In this document: piece by piece, positions 11,807 to 23,219 of the stretch | How the letters are laid out: every line of letters starts with the position of its first letter | Numbering within the stretch: the stretch's first letter is position 1 | DNA from: Nemertoderma westbladi | Lineage: Eukaryota; Animalia; Xenacoelomorpha | Reading direction: 5' to 3' | NCBI GenBank assembly: GCA_032718475.1 | Contig: JAUCBJ010001143.1 | Span: forward strand, 1 to 37,322 | DNA length: 37,322 nucleotides | Made by a program: the position numbers and the translations under genes | Notes under the pieces: generated by a model | Databases searched by the model: none | Told to the model about the DNA's origin: nothing | Seen by the model: only the letters and a program-made list of their open reading frames with translations

Positions 11807-11846
11807 TTATTTGAAAAAGATAGAGAGAGCTATCGAAAGCTAATAA
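11807..11846 (+). ncRNA. Minimal type I hammerhead ribozyme variant (U3-A8)
   Basis: TTAT-TTGAAAA-A-GATAG(agagag)CTATC-GAAA-GC-TA-ATAA. Confidence 0.75.
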
Positions 11847-12672
11847 TAAAAAAATAAATTTTTAGTGATTGATCACATAAGTTGTCACTTTTTGAAATCT
11901 TAAAATATTATTATACTAAAACAACTTGATCTCACACCCTACAGTCATATTCCCTAACTTTCTTTACTTAATTTAAACTTATATTCTATACATATATATA
12001 TATATAATATACACAAAATGTAACAGCACCGTCACTAATATATATTTCAAAGACATACATATGGTTTTATATTAACATTTCTTATATTTTAATTTTATTA
12101 TCTAATACATTTTATTTAACTATTTTATTATTAAATAAATCAAAATGTTTAACATTAGAAACACATTTTTGTATTCTGAAACTGAATATACAAAAACCCT
12201 TCAGTCATTGGGAAGATTTGACGGCTATGCTACTTATATATTATTAAACTTTGGGAGTGGTGATGGTAGCAGCATTTCGAGATATCTTTAAAAACACAGA
12301 TTATTTCTATATATAGAATTTGTACATATAGCGAATATGCAAACCGCTATAAAATGCACATTTTGTTATCCTTAATTATATTAAATAATACTGTAGCCCA
12401 TTAGTAGCAAAGTGAAATTACAATATGGAATTTGAGAAATATATAATGTAGTAGAATAATTGGGGGTCCTTAGATTCTGTATTATAGTAGTAGTATCTGT
12501 TATTATAGTAGTAGAGTACCGCCGTGCTATTTCAGTATTTAGTCTGTGCGATTTTGTGCTATTTTTATTCTGCAATTTCCAATCATTACAAAATTAGGCC
12601 ACTTATTTTCGTATTTCCATAGAACTTATGTGTAGTATGCATTGATAATGACGCAAATTTCCTTCGGAATAT

Positions 12673-13082
12673 ATCCATCCAACATCCATGATGGATCCGT
12701 CCAACATCCATGACGGATCCGTCCAACATCCATGATGGATCCGTCCAACATCCATGACGGATCCGTCCAACATCCATGACGGATCCGTCCAACATCCATG
12801 ACGGATCCGTCCAACATCCATGATGGATCCGTCCAACATCCATGACGGATCCCTCCAACATCCATGATGGATCCGTCCAACATCCATAATGAATCCATCC
12901 AACATCCATGATGGATCCATCCAACATCCATGATGGATGGATCCGTCCAACATCCATGACGGATCCATTAAACATCCATGACGGATCCGTCCAACATCCA
13001 TGATGGATCCATCCAACATCCATGATGGATCCATCCAACATCCATGATGGATCCGTCCAACATCCATGATGGATCCGTCCAA
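12673..13082. repeat. 22-bp minisatellite, ~18-19 copies (catccatgaYggatccRtccaa)
   Basis: Directly visible. It produces the 22-aa periodic spurious ORFs in all three minus frames. Confidence 0.97.
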
Positions 13083-13339
13083 TATAAATCTCTGACTTTA
13101 AGTCTCATAAATCTCAGTGTGTCTGTCTCGCGATACAATAATAGAAAGCTACATAACTTGAGCAACGTCACTATCTCGTCATATTTTAAGTATTTGTTTG
13201 CGTGAATCGAATGTAGTCAAAGTGGATTATTTCGGGACGTTTTAGGCCAAAATATATTACTGCTCAGCAATCAGGACTCAGGCGACTTTATAACTTTATA
13301 TAACTTTATATTTATGTATGTATGTATGTACAACAGAGA

Positions 13340-13796
13340 TCTTTCGTTGCCTGTTTGAGTGAGAGGACGCCGACCAGCCTACAGTTCTTAAATCTGCTGC
13401 TTGGGTGTGTAATCTCTGAGAGTGAAACCCTTCCCATCACCAATTTTATTGTTTTCGAGCTGATACTGGGGAAAGATCTACTACAAGATTGGATTCGTGT
13501 TTGGGAGGACGCTGAAGTTCTCCAGTCTACCAGTAGGAGGTGGAATGTCTGAAGGTGAAAAAGTTTTTAATCATTTCGAGCTGATGCATGGCATATATAG
13601 ATTACACCACAGGCGGTTGCGTGTTTAGGAGGACGTATATTATTCGGGAGTTCACCAGCCTGCCGCTAAGGGAAGACATGCCAGAAAGTGAAAACCGTAA
13701 ATACTAATCAAATTATACACCAGAAAAGATAAGAAAAACAAACTAATATTTTAACCAGAGGGTATTTATACCCCCCCCCCCCCCCCCCCCCCCGAG
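13340..13796. mobile_element. End of a TTAA-targeting DNA element with ~125-bp degenerate subterminal repeats
   Basis: Recurrent gaggacg..accag..gtgaaa..ttcgagctgat..cgtgttt blocks; ends gggtat-tt-ataccc, C23, gag|TTAA (13797-13800). Confidence 0.45.
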
Positions 13797-14089
13797 TTAA
13801 GTAGCTCGATGTAACGGAGAACATCGTGGTCTGGTTGGTCGTTGAATCTCCCTAACACCTCCTCCTCGCTGTCCCTAATCTCCTCTGGAAGTTGGTCGGC
13901 TCGTTGTGGAACACGGTTTATTTGCTGCAGACTTGGCGAGTTAACCAGGGTCTCATGTGGGAGCAGAATGAGCGGTTTAGCGTGGGTGTAGCAAAGCGAA
14001 ACGGGGCAGTCAAACAGTTGGATTCCATGTGGACACTTGTACCGAGCAGTTTTAGTACACCCTTCAATACTACATGGGTGGTTTGACAT
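13797..14089 (-). pseudogene. Cys/His-rich ORF fragment cut at a TTAA
   Basis: CSIEGCTKTARYKCPHG..CPVSLCYTH is zinc-finger-like. The poly-Gly tail is only read-through into the C run. Confidence 0.4.
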
Positions 14090-14239
14090 TGATTAACGGT
14101 AACTTTACTAAATAATTGGCTGGGTGCACATTGCACTTTAATTTTGACTGGCCAGCTAGGTTGGTAAGTTGTTTAATTTTATCAGGCCCATCCCCAGATG
14201 TTAATTTACAAAAGAGTACATAGGAGAAATGTTTTAAAT

Positions 14240-14301
14240 GTATTCTTAGCCCGCGGGTATTCTTAGCCCACGAGTATTTTTAGCCCGACAGTATTCTTAG
14301 C
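14240..14301. repeat. 17-bp tandem repeat x3.6 (gtattcttagcccNNNN)
   Basis: Directly visible. Confidence 0.85.
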
Positions 14302-14306
14302 AATAT

Positions 14307-16050
14307 TAAAGGAGCAGGTTAGCCCCACCAAGTGGGACTGAACTTTTTCTATCTTGTCGGAGTACATAGACTATTATTGTAAAAATTTCCCCATTAACCA
14401 TTCTAATTTCTTCAATAAACATAACTTGCAAAGATTGTAAAAATGCTAATTTTCCAGGTTTACAAGACAAACTTGATACACAGTCTTCAGTAGCTTTATT
14501 TACATCTATTGATTTGAAATTATCTAAAATTGGAATTGTTTACATCAGCCACACTATAGTTATCATCAATCCCTAGTTCCCGGAGAAGGCCACATTTGAC
14601 CAGTATTTATACATTCACGTATATTTGGAACAATAAAAATGTCATACTCTGTCTCAAAACGTCCCAAACTTAAAATGTAATGAATAATAAATTTGATTGG
14701 GTTCAAGGGAGATATATTTGAATCAAGTGCAACAGGAAGTTTCTTTGGTTTCTTGCAATTTTTATAAACAAATCTGTCATAAAATTCAGGATCCTTTTCA
14801 ATTTTGTCAAGCACTTTAATAAAAGTAATACAGTTTTGTATATAATTTAAATTTTGTGACTGAAACTCAACTGCAAATTTTCTAGCTGGTTCTAAAGCTG
14901 AAGGTCTGATTTTTATAATACGACCTTCTCCATTAACCCAGTCAGATTTATAAAAGTCAGCATCCAGGTGATGTTCATGAACAGATTCATCAGGATATTT
15001 TGGAGCAATAATCCCCACAAACCATACAAGATATTGATCTAGAGCATTTATAAATAAAAGCTCTGGTGGCCGCAGACCAAAGAATGATATGGGATCGATG
15101 GTAACTGTACTGTGGCATCTATCCAACATTAGCATTTCTTGCATCTGTGTGAAATGACATTCATTTGGAAGATGAAGATTCCGACGTACCCTTACAGCTT
15201 CATTAAATTCACCATGAGCACCATCTTCAGGAAAAACTGCAACATTGCTAGGTGCCTGACCAGTTTCTCCTGCAGTATTTTCTTCATGAGGCCCCCCAAC
15301 ACCCTGATGTGGTCCACCTTGAGCACCGCACCCTTATCTAATTTTCTTAAAAACCCTCCACGATTTTCTAGTGGAACTGTAGGGATAGAAATAGATTCTA
15401 CTCCTGCCACAGTAATTGGGAATTTTAAAGAATGCCAAATCATTTCTGGTAGGCCAATCAGCCGCCCAGTTTGTGCAACTCTCTTTTTCTTGACCAGATT
15501 TAATAATAATCTCTGCCTTTTCATCCTGACCAGCACTATATTTTTTACAATAATCAACACAGCCACGACTATCAAGTCTTAATAAATTATCATTAGAACA
15601 CGTAGCAGCAAACAGCCGGGGGTTGCAGGGGGAAAATTTCTGATTTGGAAGGCTATCATATGTATAGGTAGGTGTACCTGCTCTTAAGGGATCTAACATA
15701 ATAGGCTCTTCACCATAGGGATCATATGGGTGTTCCATTGCAAGACCTATAGCAAGATTTACTTTGACAGCATCAGCACTATGCTTTAATGGAATTGGTT
15801 TATAATCCCAATAATTTGCTGTTTCATAGTCATGGAAACGGCAAAAAGTTTGATCAGTGCCCTTTTTAACTTTTTGGCAGCGGGATCCCGGCTTATTACA
15901 ATCATGAAATTGCCTATTAAAGCATGAAGTAATAAATTCTAAATGATGAAGATCTTTTATAAGACCACACTTATAAAATTCAACAGCTTCATCATTTGAA
16001 ATCATAGACTTGGTACTACCACGAATTCTTGACATTATACAGTACAGGCC
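14307..16050 (-). pseudogene. Second, divergent Rep-helicase relic with internal deletion
   Basis: FHDC..RC..CRF..SPCNPRLFAATCSNDNL..DYCKKY (Y2 motif); frameshift to GRLIGLPEMIWHSL..PTVPLENR; then FGLRPPEL..SLGRFETE. Region 14520-14307 reads LAFLQSLQVMFIEEIRMV..VLRQDRKSSVPLGG (PIF1 motif II and PFGG-like). Confidence 0.8.
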
Positions 16051-16384
16051 ACCAGAAAGCGCAGATTTGTACAATTGTGAACACATTTTATCAAATGTGT
16101 ACCAGTGTAATGTAATGTTGATGAACGGGACAATTGAACATAATTGAATTGGCAACAACCAAAATTTTTTCGCCAAAGGATACAATTGAATACTTTTGAA
16201 ACGCTTAGTAATCTGAAAAAAATGAAAAAAACAAGTAACCAGCACTTTTCAGTTAGAACACAAAATTTTTAATTCACTTATACGATGCTATAAATTCGCA
16301 TTTTCAGGTTTTCGAGGGCGCTGATTCTAATGGAATACATTTCTAATGTGCCAGATCATTGCTACTTGTATTTTTCGGCGTAAT

Positions 16385-17010
16385 TTGGCAAATTTTGGTG
16401 CTAGCACCAAATTTCGTACCCATCACCAAAAAGTACAAGTTTGCGATGTCCAGTGCTGTTTTTATTGATTCCATCGGATTCAGGACACTCATAAACCCGT
16501 ATAACGCAAGAAACAAGGTGACACAATCAATTGATATATTTGATGGTTTTCAAAATTTGGTGCTAGCACCACATTTTGCACCCACATCCGAAAAATACAA
16601 GTTTGAGATGTCTAGTTCGATAATTATATTTTCCATTGAATTCAGAACAGCCATAAACCTCTAAAACGCAAGAAATAAATTGTCACAAGCAATTTTATCT
16701 ATTGAATGGATTTTCAAAATTTCGTGCTAGCACCAAAATTTGCACACAGCACCGAAAAATACAAGTTTGATACGCTTGGTGCAACTCGTATATATTTCAT
16801 CGAATCCAGAAACCCAAAAAACCCCAATTGCGTAAAAAACAAGTTTCAAACGTTCAATTTACAAAATTGACTTATTTCAAAATTTGGTGCTGGCACCAAA
16901 ATTTGGTACCCGCCGAAAAATAGAAGTTTGAAATTTCTAAATCAATTGATATGAATTCCATCAAATTTCTAACACCAAAAAACCGGTGTAAATCAAAAAT
17001 AGAGATGTTA
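16385..17010. repeat. Four degenerate ~162-bp tandem units with palindromic core ttggtgctagcaccaa
   Basis: Cores near 16396, 16557, 16722 and 16884, each followed by aaaa(g)tacaagtttg-like sequence. Confidence 0.88.
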
Positions 17011-17268
17011 CAATTCATATTTAATGAAATGTAATTTTCAAAAAACGTCTCAAAAAAAGTGCCAAAAGTAGGGTTAAAAAATGGTGCTATAACTCGAAAA
17101 GTACCCAATATTTTTGAAAACGGTTTTCACTACTAGGAAGACAATAGATTTTTAGGAAAAGTCATAAAATTTCAGATTCCCAACTGCGTTTGTTTCAGAA
17201 TTATAATAAAAAAACCATGGGTTGGGTCATATTGACCCCCCCCCCCCCCCCGGGTTTAATAGGGTTAA
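17010..17268. mobile_element. piggyBac-like terminus (..atagGG|TTAA)
   Basis: gggtca-tat-tgaccc hairpin, C run, then gggtttaataggg|ttaa. The partner end was not found. Confidence 0.5.
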
Positions 17269-17353
17269 CAGTTTAAAAGAGATGACTATATATTTCAAAT
17301 TATGTACTATTGAATATACGTTAGTAAATGTTCCGCAGTGGTCTCTAAATGTA

Positions 17354-17959
17354 CTGTATACAGTACTAGAGATAAACTGTACCGGTATTTACAAAGGTGA
17401 ATATCTTAGTCTATTATTGTGTGAACTAAGAACGAAAACAATCACAAAACCAATAACAATTTTTATTGATATTTTTTTATATTTAGTAAACATACAATCA
17501 AAGATTATCATCTGTTGTTTTCCTTGCAATTCTACTTTTAAAAAATTATTATCTTTATATGACCAAAATATATGACCTGGATTTTATGACCAAAAGGCTC
17601 TTAAAAACTGCAATTTTTGAATCCTTTTTGGGATTAATGGCACAATTTTCAATTAATCAAAATCCGTATGTAACTTTTGTTAAGGACCCTATTTTCAACC
17701 TACGCTGTCAATCCGACAAAAAATTGTGGAGTTTAAACATTTTTCGTAAAAAAAAGTAGATTTTGAGAAAATCTAAGTAAAAGTTTTTGGTACATGTAAT
17801 GAACGTACACAGTTTGTTTTTAACATTTATGGTCCTGGGGTGCATCTAAGGATCCCATGATGGTATTTGGTTATCTTGTTACATATTTTCATGGTTTACC
17901 TAATATCTATCGAAAGCAAATTGCTCAAAATGGATCAGGGCCATTAAGGACTAAAAGGC
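17354..17959 (+). repeat. Direct repeat copy 1 (~600 bp)
   Basis: Near-identical to 19028-19606: a 27-bp indel and about 4 substitutions. The 66-aa ORFs in the track are identical. Confidence 0.97.
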
Positions 17960-18480
17960 CATGTTTAACCAACCAGCCAAAACCATCCATGTTTAATATG
18001 CTAAACTATACCTACTCCAATGAGGAACTGAGATCACGGATGGATGAAGGTGCAGCAACTACCACAGACTTTGGTAGCTACAACTTTCTGAGAGCTTGTT
18101 ATGCTACAAATGGTTTAACCTTCGCTTACAAAGTAAGCCTGGTCCACAACTACTTTCAATTTTAGGTGGAAGCTTTAATGTCTCATTGCAACAAATATCG
18201 ATTGATTTCTGTTTGTACTGATATATTTAATGATGATTGTTAATAATGTTGGTATGTGTCTAATGTTATCCTATAACAATACTGTACTATACTTTTATCA
18301 CGATCCATGATTTTATTATGCTGTTTTGTTATGCATTATTAATAACGTGTATGATGTGCTATTAGTGCAATTTTGATGTGTAACTGTACTGTAATTTTTG
18401 GTTTTTACTGAAGTGAAGTCAAATTAAATGCCGGCTGGTCCGGATGATGGCGCCAACAAGCGCATCAATCAATCAATCAA
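17960..18480 (+). mobile_element. Probable LINE 3' fragment with (caat)n tail
   Basis: ORF end at 18165, T-rich UTR and a tcaatcaatcaatcaa tail. It splits ggc|tcctaaa, which is contiguous in repeat copy 2. Confidence 0.6.
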
Positions 18481-19027
18481 TCCTAAAATGCCATCGAATG
18501 CAAAATTCAATACACGAGGGCAGAACATCTGAATTTCGGTTAAATTAAATTACAGTAGTGACAAGAAGTTACTTCTGACACGTATTTTTTTTTATCAACA
18601 ACTATTTTATCTACAACTAATTATGTGGTTGTTCTGATAGTTTAAGAGCATAACGTCAAATAATTAAAATTAAATTGAAAAGAAAATGCAATTAAATTCT
18701 CCATGGTTCATAATTAGCACTTTAAAGTTTTACTGCCCATGTTATATTAGTCCCTGCCATCAGGTCTCGAACTAATAACACAGCACCCACCTGTCGGTCG
18801 ACTGAGCTAGAATTTTGCACTTTCTATCAGAAATTTAGGGATAGAAAGTAGTCGAAAGATGCACTTTCTTGCTATGTTTTCTACAAATTTTAGAAAATAA
18901 TTTTTTCACAGGAATGACTCTTTGAGAAAAAAATGGCCCGTATTTTCGGCTGGCCCTAAGGCACGTGCCTTATATGCCTTAAGGTTAATCCGGCACTGTC
19001 GACACGTCTGTAAGCTCTCCCACTGCG

Positions 19028-19606
19028 CTGTATACAATACTAGAGATAAACTGTACCGGTATTTACAAAGGACTAAGAACGAAAACAATCACAAAACCAA
19101 TAACAATTTTTATTGATATTTTTTTGTATTTAGTAAACATACAATCAAAGATTATCATCTGTTGTTTTCCTTGCAATTCTACTTTTAAAAAATTATTATC
19201 TTTATATGACCAAAATATATGACCTGGATTTTATGACCAAAAGGCTCTTAAAAACTGCAATTTTTGAATCCTTTTTGGGATTAATGGCACAATTTTCAAT
19301 TAATCAAAATCCGTATGTAACTTTTGTTAAGGACCCTATTTTCAACCTACGCTGTCAATCCGACAAAAAATTGTGGAGTTTAAACATTTTTCGTAAAAAA
19401 AAGTAGATTTTGAGAAAATCTAAGTAAAAGTTTTTGGTACATGTAATGAACGTACACAGTTTGTTTTTAACATTTATGATCCTGGGGTGCATCTAAGGAT
19501 CCCATGATGGTATTTGGTTATCTTGTTACATATTTTCATGGTTTACCTAATATATATCGAAAGCAAATTGCTCAAAATGGATCAGGGCCATTAAGGACTA
19601 AAAGGC
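19028..19606 (+). repeat. Direct repeat copy 2
   Basis: See copy 1. Confidence 0.97.
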
Positions 19607-20197
19607 TCCTAAAGGCCCTCATTTGGGCATTTATTGATTAAATAGCCCTAATTTCGCCTTTATTGGATGTTTATAAATTAATATTATATGCTGTATGAAA
19701 GAATATATAAATTATTCTTGAAATTTTGAATTGTGTAAATTGTCAACTATAACCTTACGTAGGAACCCTATTTTAATTTCCAAAATAGGCATTCGTGTAG
19801 CAAGGTCATTGATTTCCAAATATAGACAACCTTAACGTAACCGCACTTATCGTGCTGCGCGAAGGACTGAACCCTGCTAAATATTACCAAAATCAAAATA
19901 TAGTATCAAAATTAGCTTATGAATATTAATTCAATCACATTTAAGTAATAATTTCCTTTGTAATCTATATTTGGCTCTCAGCCACTTTCTCAGTATCTGA
20001 CGTGCTGCATGAAGGCCTGTCAAGAAAATCGACTCTTCCTCACATTTTTACCGATAACTCGAGTTTGAGAAAAGATACAACAAAACGGTTTGCAGATTTG
20101 AAATCTGCATTAAATTGTGCACAAAATACAACCAGAAAAAAATTGAAATTTTTTCGCAAGGTGGGTTTGGTTTACCCGCCTCCCTTAATTGGATATA

Positions 20198-20480
20198 CAG
20201 TCTGGGTCTCAAAGCACATCTGTTCGTTGAGATTTTCACAAAGTGGTCTAAAAGTCATTACATTACTCTCAATGGGCACTTGTAGTTCATGTAGAAACTT
20301 TTAGTAGGGATTCACCAAGTGATTTTCCGCTTGAATGCACTTTGCGATACTTTGAGCTCTTTGAGAAAACCACTTCGAGAAAATAAACATTGAGGACATG
20401 CTGATTGACAGCTCACTTTGAGATACTTTTAGCTCTTGGTGAAAATCTCAAAGAACAGATGCGCTTTGAGACCCGGACTG
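20198..20480. mobile_element. Tc1/mariner-type MITE, 283 bp
   Basis: TA|cagtctgggtctcaaagcacatctgttcgttgagattttcac ... gtgaaaatctcaaagaacagatgcgctttgagacccggactg|TA: 42-bp TIRs with 3 mismatches. Confidence 0.93.
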
Positions 20481-20595
20481 TAAATACTGCCCAACACCAG
20501 GGACGAGGATACCGTCAAAATATGCACAAACAAAATCATATTTACGTATCTTAGCATTTCTAAAAAAAATAACAATATATAAAGTAAAGTAAAAA

Positions 20596-20829
20596 GGTGG
20601 AGTAGCTCAGTTGATGGAGCGCCCGGCTTGCAATCTATTGGTTGTAAGTTCGATCCCCGCCAGGGTTCACTCAGCTTATCATCCACTGGGGTCGATAAAA
20701 TGAGGACCAGTTGAATTACTGGGAGCAAAACTTGGGATAGGAGTAGCGCCCACCCCTACCTTCGGGTAGAAGCTATCAAAAGAGGTGCCTTCGGGGCGCC
20801 TCCGGCTTCGGCCGACTGTTTGCATTTTT
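20596..20829 (+). mobile_element. Full-length tRNA-derived SINE
   Basis: A box tagctcagttgatgg, TGC anticodon-like loop, B box gttcgatcc, core cactcagc..atcc..ggggtcgataaaatgag.accag (resembles Deu/Nin-type cores), structured tail, oligo-T. Possible TSD taaagtaaa. Confidence 0.92.
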
Positions 20830-20954
20830 TAAAGTAAATCCATAAAATATGACGAACCAATAACCGCAGCATAGCAGCCTAATAGTGTGATCTGTGATAT
20901 ACTGTAGTACTGTACAGTATTTTATTGACATAGGCCCTACAGTATAAGTGACCA

Positions 20955-21272
20955 TTATTTTACCGTACTGTGTTGGTGTGTCTGTCTGTCCAGAGAGAAA
21001 TATCTCCGTTATTTATCAATCAATAGAAACGAAATTTGGACAAGTATTAGATATACTGTATGTATAGTAGGCATGGCGACGGCTCATACAGACAATTGTG
21101 AATTGGGTGTCGAGATCGAATTTGTGCGATGTGAGTGTGGTAATAAGTACTGTACGGTAATAAAGTACTACTTTATAAAGGTAACAGGTCACAACACAAT
21201 CTGACAGACAGTATTATTATTGTACTGATTAAGTAGGAGGACCGTGAACCCTCCAGGCTTGCCAGCTTGTTT
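20955..21272 (+). mobile_element. Non-autonomous Helentron-like element (HINE/DINE-1-like)
   Basis: gtgtctgtctgtcc microsatellite, atctccg..aatcaatagaaacgaaatttgg block, 3' hairpin ggagg..cctcc, then cttgttt. Confidence 0.6.
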
Positions 21273-21359
21273 GAATTTATTGTGCTTCCCAACTCTAATT
21301 TCTATTCTCTATTTTCCTGCATATTGACTATTTTTGTTATATGACAGACATATATTTCT

Positions 21360-21527
21360 CGGTGAAGTTGGACTCAGTGCAATTACGTTTTATATTTGTT
21401 TTAGGTTAGCGTAATGTTGTATTTGTAACCAAGTAGCATAGAGGAACCCCTTGAAAATAAGCTGCAAAGCCTTAGGGGTAATTCTATGTTATGTCATAAA
21501 AATTCTATGTTTATGTCATACAATAAC
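21360..21527 (+). mobile_element. Possible LINE 3'UTR remnant
   Basis: ccccttgaaaataag..taggggt hairpin-like end followed by an aataa-like tail. No coding part. Confidence 0.3.
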
Positions 21528-21729
21528 ATTAACAATTGACAAGTATTGATTGTTTTTTCTTACATAGTTTAGAATTAAATCTATACTCGATTTTTCCCTG
21601 GTGATGGGTGAAATGATTAGTGTTTAGAAGACAGAGCTTGTAGCATATTGCATTTGCAGCGATTCGATTTAATATTATTTCCAATGTAATTGTAAGTGTG
21701 AAACAAATTTGAGACAAAATTAAAAACGA

Positions 21730-22152
21730 TTATAACATTAATCCTAGTCTGTCTAGTTGTGAGGTGTGAGCAATGGTTAAAACCTTGACAGGTGCCGGTA
21801 TTATGTTATCATTGGATGATATCTTCTTCCTTTTGGATGGTACGATGGAGGAAGTCGATTGGACATCTTCTGTGGTAATGGTTCCACCTTTCTTTACGTT
21901 CCTTCGTTTATGTTTATGTTTATTTTTGTTTTTAGAAGGATGGTGGTTGGGAGGATGGGGGTAGGAAGGATGGGTGTTGGAAAGATGGGGGTTGGAAAGA
22001 TGGGGGTTGGGAGGTTGCGGGTTGGAAGGATATGGGTTGGGAAGATCGGGGTTGGGAGGATGAGGGTAGGGACGATGTGGGTAGGAAGGATCCAGGTAAA
22101 AAGGAGGCAGGTGATACGGGTAGTATGGCCACGGATAACTAGATTGATCCAT
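21730..22152 (-). CDS. Unknown 140-aa Pro/His-rich protein with basic NLS-like clusters
   Basis: ATG-to-stop ORF containing a 15-bp repeat (about 21940-22095) that encodes (N/Y)PHPS-type pentapeptides, plus KNKNKHKHKRR and PSKRKK. Confidence 0.45.
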   Translation of the reverse strand: MDQSSYPWPYYPYHLPPFYLDPSYPHRPYPHPPNPDLPNPYPSNPQPPNPHLSNPHLSNTHPSYPHPPNHHPSKNKNKHKHKRRNVKKGGTITTEDVQSTSSIVPSKRKKISSNDNIIPAPVKVLTIAHTSQLDRLGLML

Positions 22153-23219
22153 ATTTCAGTTTCCCACTAGCCCATAAGTGGGACCATTCTCTAAAAATGT
22201 AGTTACAGTATGTTTGAAGCGCTGCTTCCCAATCAAACTCAGGTGGGGGAAATGCGATGATAGTTCGGTGCCACAGATGCCCATAGGTGGGTGTGGGTCA
22301 CAAGTGGTCATCGTCACTGTATTGAATTTAACAAAATGCGAAACGCCAGCAAACGTACAAACATTTCCATGGAGAAACGGTTCGACAGAATGATAGTATT
22401 GGGAGATGTTGAATGTAATGAGAATGTAGAATTGCCCTCCTGTTTACCACAACATCGGCGAGGTCTGCAAAGATTCTTAGATTTGATGACATGGGGATTG
22501 GATCAACAGTGGCTGTTTTTGAGCCCGAATTTAACGGGGCATTTTTCATAAAAGATAATAGTAATCCTATTATCAAATGTCCACGTTTTATGGACACATA
22601 ACCTCACCTTTTGGGTAAGTTCCTAAGTAATTCGTGGACTTTTGATTTTTATGACCCACCCTAATGCAGAGGCTCCAGGTTTAGCAACTACCTCCCTCAA
22701 CTTCGGCTGATGTTCAGGTAAGTTGTTACAGACCTTCTATATTTTCTCCTTTAATGTTGGAAATGCCTTGGCCTTTAATCGTGTCACAATGTGTCGCTGG
22801 GCTTCCTTTATGGCCACTGGGTATTCCAGCTCCATGTAGGGTTCGTTTTCTTCTTCCTGATCCATTGGTAACGGTATGGCTAATCCACCATTGCAAAAGA
22901 TGGAAAGCAAAGTTATCCTTAGGAAAACCATTGCCTTTACCATTGCAAGGGCAACTGCATGTAACACTACAGCAATTGAGAACTTCTTCCAATTATATGA
23001 GTCGAAAGTTAAAGAATTGGAAATAGAAGACAATGGAAGAGTGTTCCCGCCTTACATCATATTTAATGGATCCGAAGTTTAGTTGGGATTTTGTTGGGTT
23101 TATTTTGTTGCTGTTGGATTTAGTTGGGAAGTATATTTTCTTATTTGGCACAAATCAAAAATAAATAATGATAAATAATACACTCGTTACTTACATTCCA
23201 CTATGCCTCGTACACAGCG

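Larger units (their letters stand above)
11456..11984 (+). mobile_element. Second, very short Penelope-like element with an inverted 5' pseudo-LTR
   Basis: 133-bp perfect inverted arms 11456-11588 and 11783-11915 enclose RIKEGEWQCRLETLQPMGLNVLNE (GIY-YIG C-terminus). tctatacatatatata flanks it at 11444-11459 and 11985-12000. Confidence 0.9.

Noticed and set aside
12586-13171. Four overlapping minus-strand ORFs
   Set aside because: Artefact of the 22-bp repeat giving the same peptide in all frames.
17559-17759. Duplicated 66-aa gene (also 19206..19406)
   Set aside because: Identity reflects the recent DNA repeat; no domain is recognisable.
17354-19606. LTR retrotransposon
   Set aside because: No TG..CA ends, PBS, PPT or gag/pol sequence.
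20596-20665. tRNA-Ala gene (also 26705-26773)
   Set aside because: T-arm and anticodon stem do not pair properly, and both continue into the shared SINE body.
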